A stretch of DNA of 60,212 bases, filler included, from Pirum gemmata (taxonomy: Eukaryota), in the NCBI GenBank assembly GCA_002812295.1. It is 11 parts of 11 records of this genome, joined end to end, with 100 filler letters (N's around TTAATTAATTAA, not from the genome) between each part and the next. Parts side by side here need not be neighbours in the genome. Positions count along the whole stretch, not along the records: positions 32,868 to 38,322 come from PDIN01000563.1; positions 38,423 to 43,826 come from PDIN01000564.1; positions 43,927 to 49,376 come from PDIN01000565.1; 8 more parts are not named here. One strand, 5' to 3'. Below the pieces are notes generated by a model. That model had not been told where the DNA came from and made no database searches. It was given only the letters and a program-made list of their open reading frames with translations. Numbering within the stretch: position 1 is the stretch's first letter; each line of letters starts with the position of its first letter. Shown piece after piece: positions 37,572 to 49,376 of this stretch. The translations under genes and the position numbers were made by a program.

Positions 37572-37935
37572 GGGTGGTTGCGGAAATAATGTGGAAACAA
37601 TGTGGACTCAGTGTTGGTTACAAAAGCGTTATAAAATCCCACAATATAAACGGGGGAATACGTATACCATAGCTATATATAAATTATAATAATAATAATA
37701 TTAGGTCACAGTTACAATTTTACAAGATAATATACTCTATATTATATTATAAATATAATATAATATTATATATAAAGGTCTAAGTGGTGGTTGTGGAAAC
37801 AATGTGGACTCGCTTCACTTTTGGTTACAAAAGAGTTATAAAATCCCACAATATAAACGGAATAATACGTATACCATATCTATTATTATGATATTAGGTT
37901 ACAGTTATAATTTTACAGGATAATAATATACTCTA
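37572..37935 (+). repeat. Diverged tandem duplication of about 200 bp
   Basis: GTGGAAACAATGTGGACTC..TTGGTTACAAAAG.GTTATAAAATCCCACAATATAAACGG occurs twice. Confidence 0.75.
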
Positions 37936-39984
37936 GTAATATAGTGTAATAATAATAATATTATATAATTTATAATCCAATACAATATTAATGGCATGAT
38001 ATGATCCACATCTGTGGTGAAAACTGAATTTTTTTTTAGTAATGGGCAGTTGAAAGCCTGTAACGGATGGTTTGGCATACTTTGGCCCCAAAATTAATAT
38101 CAAACTGAATTTTTAAAAGAAAACAATATAATATATCATAATAGTATACATAATATGTTTCCAGTACTTGTGTGGAAACTAGTGCATAGCTATTATTAAT
38201 ATTATAATATATTATACGAATTGGAGACTGTTGGCTCATCTATGGCCTCCTACAGCTATGCGCCTGTACCTTTAATTAAGTAGCAGGTCTAAGTAGCTAA
38301 TAATAATAATAATAATAATAATNNNNNNNNNNNNNNNNNNNNNNNNNNNNNNNNNNNNNNNNNNNNTTAATTAATTAANNNNNNNNNNNNNNNNNNNNNN
38401 NNNNNNNNNNNNNNNNNNNNNNAGCCCCCAGCCCCAACTCGGTATATAGCCTTAATTAGCACTAACCGTATACGTAGGAAGTTCAATTGCAAGTTTATTA
38501 TGAGATTATTATAGCAATGCCCGAGCTCTAATCATCACTTTTACTCAGACATCATGTCACCATCGACCGTATTGAATTACGTTGGTAATAAAGGACCCGG
38601 CAATGATAATAATGAATTCGAAGATAATATTTTAATTAATCTTTTAATAATATATTAATTAACTGAATGAATTGGTTTTGAGTGTATGGTACTTTTCAAT
38701 CATTTTGTTCCTCGTACAACAAAGAACAAAACCATAAAATTGATTAATATATAATGACATTGTATTTATTTGAATTTATTTGCAATTAATTTATTCATAG
38801 TTTTATTAATAAATAAATTTTTTAAATTGCTGTTATAATAAATTGATCGGAAGTATTAATAATACCAAAAAAACCCCTAGTAACAAAATCTCTGATGAGT
38901 TTAATTATTATTAGTATATCAATGATACATGTAATATATAGATGGGGTACGTAGTTTACAAAGATTACAAAGAGAAGAAAGAAAAGTTTATTTTTAGTTT
39001 AGTTTTTTGTTTGAATGACTAGTAATTGGAATGGTATATCGATGGAAATGAATGAATTATTATAAACTGTTTTATTATTAATTCATAAACTACATAACAA
39101 TAAACTATAAAATATTGAGTATCTGAAACCAATCCTATTCATATATTTTTATTATTATATTATTAATGTTTTCATTTATATTATTATAGTATTATTATCG
39201 ATTTTAGCTTACTTTTCATTGTATTAGGTACAAGCAAGTATTAATATACATCTGATATTTTAGATTTTTTTGTAAAAGAACCAAAAAACAGTCAAAAAAA
39301 CCATCTGCTGTAGACCTGTCGCCATTTTCTAGTCGCCATTTTTATAGTATAAGGGGGGTCTATTTTTATCCTGTTTGGTACTTTGGGCTATAGCAGCTGC
39401 TGTAGCTTTTAAAGGAGGGGCAGTAGGTTTATAAAAAGTTACAGCTGTATGTTTTAATTTATTTGTTGATTTGGTTCATAATACTTTGGTATAGGTTAAC
39501 AATTTGATTTTCGTTCGGGTTTGATTTGTTGTATTTTTCAAAGTAGTACCATAATTTATAGTCCATGATTAGCAATTGTATTGTTCGTTTGTTGTAGAAG
39601 TAGTGTTTTTGAAAAACTTTTGTTCTTATGATAATATTATAACGTTATAGTCGTTGTTAGACTCTAGCTAGAGACTACCAGTACAGTCTAGCTATCGACC
39701 GATAGATAAAAACTAAGAAAACTCACTAATCAAAACCAATTGACAATCAAATCATTAATTAACTTATACCAAAGTAGATTATGAAATAAATCAACAAATT
39801 CTATAATATATTGAATATAAAACTGTATTAAACCCACTGTTAGCTCCAGCGTTCCTCCTTTTTTTTATATGCATATACATAGGAAAACTATAGGAAAACT
39901 ATAGGAAAACAGGATTTTTTTTTTTTTTTAACAGACAAACCGGATAAAACTTTTTTTTTAGACCTCTTTTCTAAAAACCTAGTC

Positions 39985-40110
39985 AAATTATTTTAAAAAT
40001 TAGCCATTGGTTCATAATAGAGTTTTCTTAGTTAGACGATTTCTAACCATTTGGTAGTACTTTCCTTAAAATTGGATCATTTTGAGATTTTTTGGATTTT
40101 TGAACTCGTG
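39985..40110 (+). repeat. Dispersed repeat shared with about 45810-45980
   Basis: GCCATTGG..CATA/ATAGAGTTTT.TTAGTTAGACGAT...TTTGGTAGTACT. Confidence 0.65.
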
Positions 40111-40956
40111 GCGGATGTCGCCATTTTTATCAGGGTTGGTAGTTTTAAAAACATTTCTCAAAAAAACAAGAAGAAAATCAGTTTACAAAACTGAGTTCTT
40201 AAAAAGGGGCTTAAGTGACGTCATATCCAAGCTAGGACTTCCTCTACTAGCTAGTGTCTATTCGTCAGCACGTCATTTTAAAATGACAGCGTCATTTCCA
40301 TATGACGTTTTATTGAGACGAAAAGTATATCAAATGAAAGGAAATTACGTCAATATTATGCAGTGGGCTGATCGTGTCATTCATTCTCATTTCCCGAAAA
40401 GTTTGTCAAAGTAAAACTTCTTTTTGTCATTTCGAAATAATGACAGCGCTTCATATATCATCCCCCAAACCCACTGCCCAAACCCAATGATGATATCGTG
40501 CCTTTCATTTATTTTGTCACTCCGAATATTTATTTGGAGGGTTATAATACTTAAATTGATATTTTTAAATCAATACATAGATAATAAAACTTAAAATCCT
40601 GATGATATCCATATTATGCACCCAACCAAGCCTCCAAGGTCATTGACCCAACAGTTGTTTGACCCAACTAAACCAAAAGGAGTTCATTTTTTTTCTTGCA
40701 GTAGTCTAGTGTAGACTAACTAGTAGTCTAGTAGCTAGCTACTAGACTAGAGTCTATCGTGCCTTTCATTTGCGAATATTTATTTGGAGGGTTATAATCT
40801 TTAAGTTGACATTTTTAAATCAATACATAGATAATAAAATATACCCAATTAAATTAAATTGACTTGTATTATATTAATTTGGAGCTATTTTATGATGACA
40901 AAACAACTGAAAAGCATTAAAACCCCTGTTTTTATTAACTAGACTACGATAGCTAG

Positions 40957-41246
40957 GGGAGCGTTCAATAATTACGTAACGCCGATTTGGGACAAAAACC
41001 TACCCTACTACCCCCCGTGTAACGGGCTGTCACGTTTGAGAAGGACTACCTACCCCTTATGACNGAAATAATAGTACCCTAAATTACCCCTCATGTTATA
41101 TATCTATATATATAGGGCTATATATATATATTTTTTTGCGTTATGTCATATTACGAAAACCTACCCCCCCTACTGCGTCACGGCCTGTCACAAAAATCCG
41201 ACCCCCCTACCTACCCCCCAGCGTTACGTAATTATTGAACGCTCCC
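40957..41246. mobile_element. Intact Harbinger-type MITE, family H2
   Basis: Perfect 26-bp TIR GGGAGCGTTCAATAATTACGTAACGC and perfect 3-bp TSD TAG (40954-40956, 41247-41249). Confidence 0.88.
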
Positions 41247-43340
41247 TAGTTAGCTAGTAGCTAACTATGATAGAGTCTAACCATCATAGCTAATCTAGAC
41301 CCCCCCGTCTACTAGCTAGCTAGCTAGTCTACTAGTGAAGTACTATCAGATATCATATCCAGAGCCAGAGTAGCTAGCTATGATATCATAGCTACTTGGA
41401 TATGGCTAGACTACTACTATCATAGCTAGCTACTAGTAGCTAGGTATCGATAGTTAGTATCGATAGTCTAGCTAGTCTACTCGATAGCTATTAGCTAGGT
41501 CTAGTCTACAAGCTAGAGACTATGTGGGGGGGTCTACTAGCTAGTCTACTCGTAGCTAGACTACTATCACACTCGGTAGCTAGACTAGTAGCTTGTCTAG
41601 TAGCTAGACTATCTCTAGCTAGCTATCGATAGCTAGCTAGCTAGCTATCGATACTTTCATAACAATAATATTTCCAAATTGGGACAATAAATGTATTGAA
41701 TTTTTTTGCCTTTTGCAACACTTACTCCTAGACACTTTAAAAAATACTCCCCTCATCCACACGATTCCACATCACCCAGTTTATTAGTTTTATTATCAGA
41801 ACAAACCATAATATGTAGTAGGTCTCATGGAAAAACCACTAAAACCAACCTACAACAACATAGTTATTATATGATAATATGATAATATTATGATAATAAA
41901 CCTAAACTAATGGAATCTACAACTAATCATCAAAAACACATGTAGAGCAAACTCTCAAAGTAAAAAGTTTTGGTGACATGAGGCCTATAATAATTATGCC
42001 ATAACCGCCAAAATTTATGGAAGATATGAATTCGAAGGTGGTCGTGAATATTTAGTTTACTGGGTGGTGAGATATAGTACTGATATAGTTTACGATAGAA
42101 TAAAAAGAATGGGAAAAAATTGGCATAGTCTAGAATATAATTATTATACGGTATTTATATACAAGTACCAGCTAGGTATACCGTATAGCTAGTTTACTAT
42201 GATCTCTATTTTATATAGTATATGCAGTGCTTTTCATTTATTTTGTCACTCCGAATATTTATTTGGAGGGTTATAATATTTAAATTGACATTTTTAAATC
42301 AATATATAGATAATAAAATATTGGCATGCATATACACGATACATGTACCCCAGTTAGACCAACTACTAGCTAGCTATAGCTTGTTTAATGTGACCCCCCC
42401 CCCCCCCGCCGGACAACGGTGACCTAGGTTGTATGCTTGTGGCAGTTTGTAACTATGAATACGTGGATAAAGACGTCAGGGGATATTAATCACTTTTGGA
42501 TTATTATTAATTACTGATAATCAGCTATACACACACACATATATATATATATATATTATTATTGTTATTACAGCAGCTTTTCAATAATATTATGTGGTTT
42601 TATGAGTGTTTTACGGTTTTGTAAGTTTTATTCTTTGAAAAAGAATATTTTCATATCATCAGCAACCCCCCCCCCAACAACAACTACCATACCTCTACCC
42701 CAATATTCCCCAATCCCCTTTTATAAATCAATAATGGTCTAATGACTAATACTTGACTAATGAAAGCCTGAATGAAAGTATGAAAGGATTATGTGTGTGA
42801 TGTGTGCCGTGTGATGACTGTGAGTCTGATGACTCAGGAGATTTTACAAATTTGGTTTAGCAATATGTTGTCTATAAAAGTCTAAAAAAAGTGATATATT
42901 TTACTTATTTACTTATTTTTTTAAAAAAAATTGTATTTTCTTTTTTCATAAATTGTTTTCTAATACGATACTTCCAATAGACTACTGGCCAGCAAATCTT
43001 GAGTTCAATCCTTCCAGACTATGAATCATAGCTTCCAGACTCCTTCCAGGCAAGTTCCAGCTACTCTACAGCTAGCTAGCTGGAGTTATAGATTGCTAGC
43101 TAGCTAGTTAGCTAGGGAGAGTAGTAGTATCACGATAGATCCTTCTAGCTAGCTAGCTATAAATAAAGCGAAAAAAAATTGCGAAAAAGTCGCACTAAAA
43201 AAGATGTTCAAAATACCAAAAGAGGGTATGTCACACTATATTTTAGCACACTTTGTTATGTCATCGCATTTGGATTCAAAAGTATTTTTTTCAATCTTAT
43301 ATAAATATTTTAATAATCTCTTGACTCGTATAATTTTATA

Positions 43341-43471
43341 ATTTCGAGCAATATTTTGTCGCAAATCTCGCTAAGTTTCCGTTTTTTCTTATTTTTATCC
43401 ATTTCGAGCAATATTTTGTCGCTAAATCTCGCTAATTTTCCCTTTTTTCTTATTTTTATCTATTTCGAGCA
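43341..43471 (+). repeat. Tandem repeat with a unit of about 61 bp, about 2.2 copies
   Basis: ATTTCGAGCAATATTTTGTCGC.AAATCTCGCTAA repeated. Confidence 0.8.
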
Positions 43472-43793
43472 GTAGAGCAGTTTCTTATATAGTTTCCTAC
43501 ACTCTACTCTCTAGTAGCTAGTAGCTAGTAGCTACTAGCTACTAGCTAGACTAGCTACAGGAGCAGCTTTTGACTCTAACAGTAAGGACAAGAAGTGGAC
43601 AAGACGTCATTTTTAAATATTTATATGATTTTAGATTGACCATAAATATTGATTTATATAACAAATATAGTTAAAAATATAATAATAGTAATAATATTTT
43701 CTACTTTTGGTAAAAAATATTACGTCACTATTGGTGAAGCATCACCCTTCCTTTTTTTTTGACCTGCCTTTTTTTCCTAGATTTTTTCTTTTC

Positions 43794-43826
<33 letters not shown>

Positions 43827-44179
43827 NNNNNNNNNNNNNNNNNNNNNNNNNNNNNNNNNNNNNNNNNNNNTTAATTAATTAANNNNNNNNNNNNNNNNNN
43901 NNNNNNNNNNNNNNNNNNNNNNNNNNAGTTTTAGGCCGACAACTTTAGATAGAGTTAGGATAGGTGGTTAAGGAAGGATAAGGAAGAAAAGAAAAAACAA
44001 GAAAAGTATGATAATAAAAAGAAAATACTGTACATAACCTAAACTTTTGAAATTTTAATTTTTATAAATATACTTTTTTTTTTAATTTTTTAAAAAAAAT
44101 GTTAATTCAAATCAGGGCTGATTTTAAAATTCCAAAACATTTTTTTAAAAATAAAGTAATAAAGGTTTAGTTAAAAATA

Positions 44180-45640
44180 ATGCCAAAGGTGCTCGTGTTA
44201 ATGTTTTAGCTCAACACTTTAGTAATCACTGGTGGAAAAGTGTGGGTTTGGACCCAAAAAGAAAGCTTTGTGGGGTGGTAGCGCGTAAATTCAAAGAATA
44301 TAGTAATGTGCTAAAAATGGATATTGACGGCAACGTTGAAGAAGTAGATAATGATAAAATATGTTTTTATGGTATTGCAGCCGGTGATTATATATAGTGG
44401 CTACACTAATAAACGTCAGAGTAAACAAAAAAACCGTGGTAATAATGTTTTAACGCTTCTCTTGCCGATCGCAATAATAGTTAAATTGAGGATAGCAGGT
44501 CAGAATCAGAAGAATTCAGAAGTGAATCAGAAAGAGAGGGAAATGACGATGAACAACGTAGTGAAAATGGTAGTAATGATACTTTAATAGTGGTGGTGTA
44601 GAGAGCTGGGAAGAGTCAGGGAGTAGTGATATTTCTGACTTTTCTAGCAGTGATTGCGACTGGAACCTTACTTATGAAGATGAGGAGTTTGATGAACAGG
44701 AGCAATCAAAGTTTGACAGTCACAAACCTAAACTACACCTCCCTAACTTTTATAGAAAGGGTATTTTCTATTTTTTTGAACACTTTTTCCCAGTTGACTT
44801 TGTCCAGAGAGTTGTTACTCCCTGTACAAACGGCGAAGGTAAAGATCACAATCCTGATTTCTAATTTATAACTATAGGTGAGTTATATCGCTGGATTGGG
44901 TTATGGACTGTTATGGTGGTTAATGTTAGTTGTTAAAAGACCTGAACGTAGGTGTTATTGGGCAAATACTGGTAGGGTTAGGGTTAGGGTCAAGGTTAGG
45001 GTTAGTTGTTAAAAGACCTGAACGTAGGTGTTATTGGGCAAATACTGGTACCCCTAACCTTCTCCTCACTATTAACTTTGGAGAGTATATGAGTAGAACT
45101 AGGTTCGAGGATATTTTAAGTTACTTCCGTTTAGACCATTTTGATTTCCAACCAGCACAAGAACTCGGCAACGAAGCCATAGCGTTTGAAAATTTAAAAA
45201 AAAAATAAAAAAAAAGCAAAGACCTATTGGTACTGAATTGCCCGTGCTGTGGTTATACTATGATTCGTACTGCTGAAGCTCAAGCTGGTAAAGAGTGGAC
45301 TGATGAATTTGGGTCTTGTTGTGCAACAACCTTGATGTTAAAAAAACCTTGGTTTGCCTCTGATAGGGTTGTTATTATTGATAGCTGGTTTGGTTCTGTT
45401 TTTACTTGTATGAAACTTAAACGCAATGGTTTATTTACAATCATGAATGTAAAGAATGGAAGGAAACATTTTCTTTGTAAGTTGTTGAAGGATAATTTAA
45501 AGGATAATTTAAATAGTGAAGAAAGAGGAGGGTTTGCAGCAGCGAAAGCGAGTTTTAAATAAAAAAGTTGATTTATAAATATTAGTTACCACATGGAATG
45601 ATAAAGTTTGTAAACAGTTCATCTCATATTGTTCCTTTCC
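44180..45640 (+). pseudogene. piggyBac-type (DDE_Tnp_1_7) transposase pseudogene
   Basis: ELYRWIGLW, YW...FGEYMSRTRFEDIL, ATTLMLKKPWFASDRVVIIDSWFGSV, GLFTIMNVK, TWNDK; many stops and frameshifts, internal deletion. Confidence 0.8.
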
Positions 45641-48189
45641 AAAAAAAGACGATGGGGGGTAGATTGCTCTTAGATATTTCGCAGGTTTATTATCATTTAT
45701 TATTTATCATTTATTTTTATTATTATTTATTAATATTATTATTTATTATTGTTATTTTTTTGTTTAGACTTTTCTGAAAACATTTTTAAAAAATACTATC
45801 CAACCAAATCATTTTCAAAAACTGGCCATTGGCTAGTACCTATTGGCTCATAGACGTCTAGAGTCTAGACCCCGTCTAATAGAGTTTTTTTAGTTAGACG
45901 ATGTCTCAAATTTTGGTAGTACTCGGATACTCGCATTTTAAAAAAAATTGGTGCATTTTGATTTTTTGATTTTTGAGCTAATATAACAACTAATATAACC
46001 CGGAATTGGCTATGGTATTAAAAAAAAAAGTTGCTCAGAGAGCCAATAATAACGATATTATTGGCCAATACTTTAGGCCATGATGTCATTGATATGTAGC
46101 AAGTTAGTAATAGGCACAATATGAGTATTTAGTATTTACTCACTAAAATTGTCTATAGAAAAGTCTATCATAAAAGTGAAAAACGATATTTTTTTTTTTT
46201 TTTTTTTTCTGCGAATAAAATAAAAATTCCAAAATATAACGAAAGCGTTTGTAAAACGTGTAACCAATCACATACAGTCACATACTTACTTTGTCAGTGT
46301 TTGGACCATGAGCTGAGTGAGGCCCTATGAATGTATTTTTTTAGCCAACCTGGCGGATGTCATCATTTTTGTAAAAGTAAAATTATTATTATTATTATTA
46401 TTTTTTTTTTTTTTTTTTTTTTTAAAATTAGGCCTAGCTAACTGATTATGCTAGCTATCATAGATTATTTATACTCCTAGCTAGAGCTAGCTGCTATCAT
46501 AGCTAGCTAGCTAGTAGATATGTATAGCTAAAAAGCGATCATTTATTCTCCTTAACCCTAACAACCTTACCCCTAACCCTAACCCTAACCCTTAACCACC
46601 CTAATCCTCCTTAATCCGAACAACCCAAACTCTACCTAACCCTAACCCTAACCCTAACCCACTGACCCTAACAATCCCTAATAGTTTCTAGTAGTTCCTA
46701 TGTAACTCTAACCACAACCCTAACCCTACCTAACCTTAACCCTAACGCTAAACCTTAACCCTAACCCTAAACCTTAACCCTAACCCCAACCCTAACCCTA
46801 ACCCTATCTAAATAAGTTTACAAAAAACTTGTCTGATACCAATGATGATAATTATTATTATAATATTATTATAAATATTAGGACTGTTCTTTGTTGTGGT
46901 GGGTAGTTACTGGGTATAATTTGTATTAATGTGTATGTTACTAATCAGCCACAATTAACTATATATAGATAATATTAACAATATTACATATCATATTTAT
47001 TTAAATAGCAGTAATAGCAATGATTATTGTAAACAGTAAACAAAATTATAGCAAAGTGATAACCTTATAAGCTCATTCTTTGACATTTTAAAAACTTTAC
47101 TAGTGCGTATTCCTTCACTTTGCACTCCTAGATACCCAGTTAGCACACTAGCTACTAGCAGACTATGATTGGTTGAAACTAACATTCCAGCTAATATAAA
47201 AATTTAATAATAACAGTTACTACAGTGTTACTACTAGCTAGTACTCAGTTACTTTTTGATCCAAACTCAAATGTGACGCAACACTGACGTCTTAGTAAAA
47301 CCCAAATTAGGATAATTTAACTAATTTAAAATTCCCTTGTTAATACTATCTACTCATTGGTCAATATGAAATATTATGACACATGATAAGACTTTTACTT
47401 TTAAAAAACAGATACTTTTATCGTGTTTTTCAATAGTATTATAGTTAAATTATCAGTCACGTTTTAATTAATTTGATATTATATATGTAATGTTGTGTTT
47501 TTAAAAAAAGTTCAATTATACACCTGAACAGTACCGAATTAAAGATTGAGAGGACAACTGTAATAAAATAGACGTGTTTATTTTTTAACTTGCCTTAACT
47601 GCGGTGTTTTACAAATAATGTTAATAATATTAAAAGTAATTATAATATTAATAGTGACAATAATAATAATAATAATAATAATATAATAATATTAATAATA
47701 AAAATAATAACAATAATAATTTATTAATACTATATAATATATAATGATATAATTTTAATATTATTTTAATGAAAATATAATATATAGTTATAATTAATAT
47801 CAATGATAATAATAATAATAATAATAATAATATTAATTAATAATAATAATGATAATAATAATTATAAAAATAATGATAATAGTAATGAAAATAATAATAA
47901 TAATAATAATTAATAATAATTAATAATATAATAATTATGGTAATAACAATGATAAATGATTAAAATATAATAATACACTAATACAATAATAATTAGTTAA
48001 TATATAATAGTAATTTCAATAACTGTTGGTTATCTTAGAAAAAATTAATACCAACAACATGAATCATAAATAGGTAGAAATAAAAGTAAAAATTAAAAAA
48101 TATATTTTTTTAACACTAGCTATATCATTAAATGATTTATGATAATGAAACAGTAATATTTATAAATAATAAAAAGNNNNNNNNNNNNN

Positions 48190-48300
<111 letters not shown>

Positions 48301-48377
48301 AAACCAAACCAAACAAAAAAAAGAAATAAACAGAAAAAAACAAAAAAAACTTAAACTTTATTACATTTTATCGTACA

Positions 48378-49376
48378 ATGTTTTTTCAAAATACGATTCT
48401 TGTTTTATCTTTGACTACTTTAGCTGAGTTAGCTCATGGTCACGGTCAATTGAATTGGCCAGTACCGCGTCAAGATGGAGATGGTTGTAGTACCCGAAGT
48501 GGCAAAGGTCCTGAATGTCGCGGAAATGACCACCCAATGTACTTTTGGGGTGGAGGGAAAAGTGAACCGAGAAGATTTGATTATATTAATGATGCTTGGG
48601 CCAAAAATTGGAAAAGCAGCATGATGCAATGTAGAGGTATGACCCAACCTTCCGCAGATCAACAAACACTTACCGCTGGGCAAGATCTAGATGTAGAAGT
48701 TAACTTGAGAGCTGCCCATCCTGGTACTTGTAATTTTTATCTTTCTGAACCAGTGGAAAAAGCTGGGGATACACCAAGTAAATTTTACAAAATCGCCGAA
48801 TGGTTTGGTTGTGGTTCTAACCAAAATAGTTTGAGTCAAGGCGGTCAAGATCAAGGTTCAATTAAAGGTAAAATTAAAATTCCTGATGGAGTTCCAGCTT
48901 GTGAACACTGTGTATTAAGATGGGAATGGATTGCCACCCATCAAGCTGATAACGAGTTATACACCAACTGTGCTGATGTAAAAGTTGTTAACGATAAAGG
49001 TGATTACGAAGTGAGCGAGGGTATGGTAGAAATTGGTGTGACAAGTGACACTGAGCATATTGGGGATCAGAGTAAAAGTTGTGGGGCTTCGGTTGCTAAC
49101 ACTTGTAAGATTGGGCCAGATCTTGCAAAGTTTAAATTAAAAGCAGATGCGCCAGCACCAGCAGCACCAGCTGAAAAAGAAGGTGATGAAGGAGGTGACA
49201 ATCCAGTTGGTGGTGATGATATTGGCGTGTACCTTGGTCCAGATTGTGATTCTGATGGTTCAGATATGATTAAATTGAAAAAAGGTGATTACACAAAACG
49301 CAAACTTAAAAAACTACTTGACGGAAAAGGTTTAAAGTATATTGCGGTCGAAAGGGATTATTCAATTACCCTGTAC
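48378..49376 (+). CDS. Secreted lytic polysaccharide monooxygenase (His-brace LPMO fold) + linker + beta/gamma-crystallin-like domain; 3' truncated at contig end
   Basis: Signal peptide ending AHG|HGQLNWPVPR exposes an N-terminal His; second His in AAHPGTC; CEHCVLRWEW..H...ELYTNCADV; P/A/acidic linker; VY...LKKGDY...IAVERDYSITLY. Confidence 0.85.

Noticed and set aside
41690..42080. Chromodomain-like fragments (GREYLVYW on plus, GEYFLKC on minus)
   Set aside because: Too short and interrupted by stops to support a call
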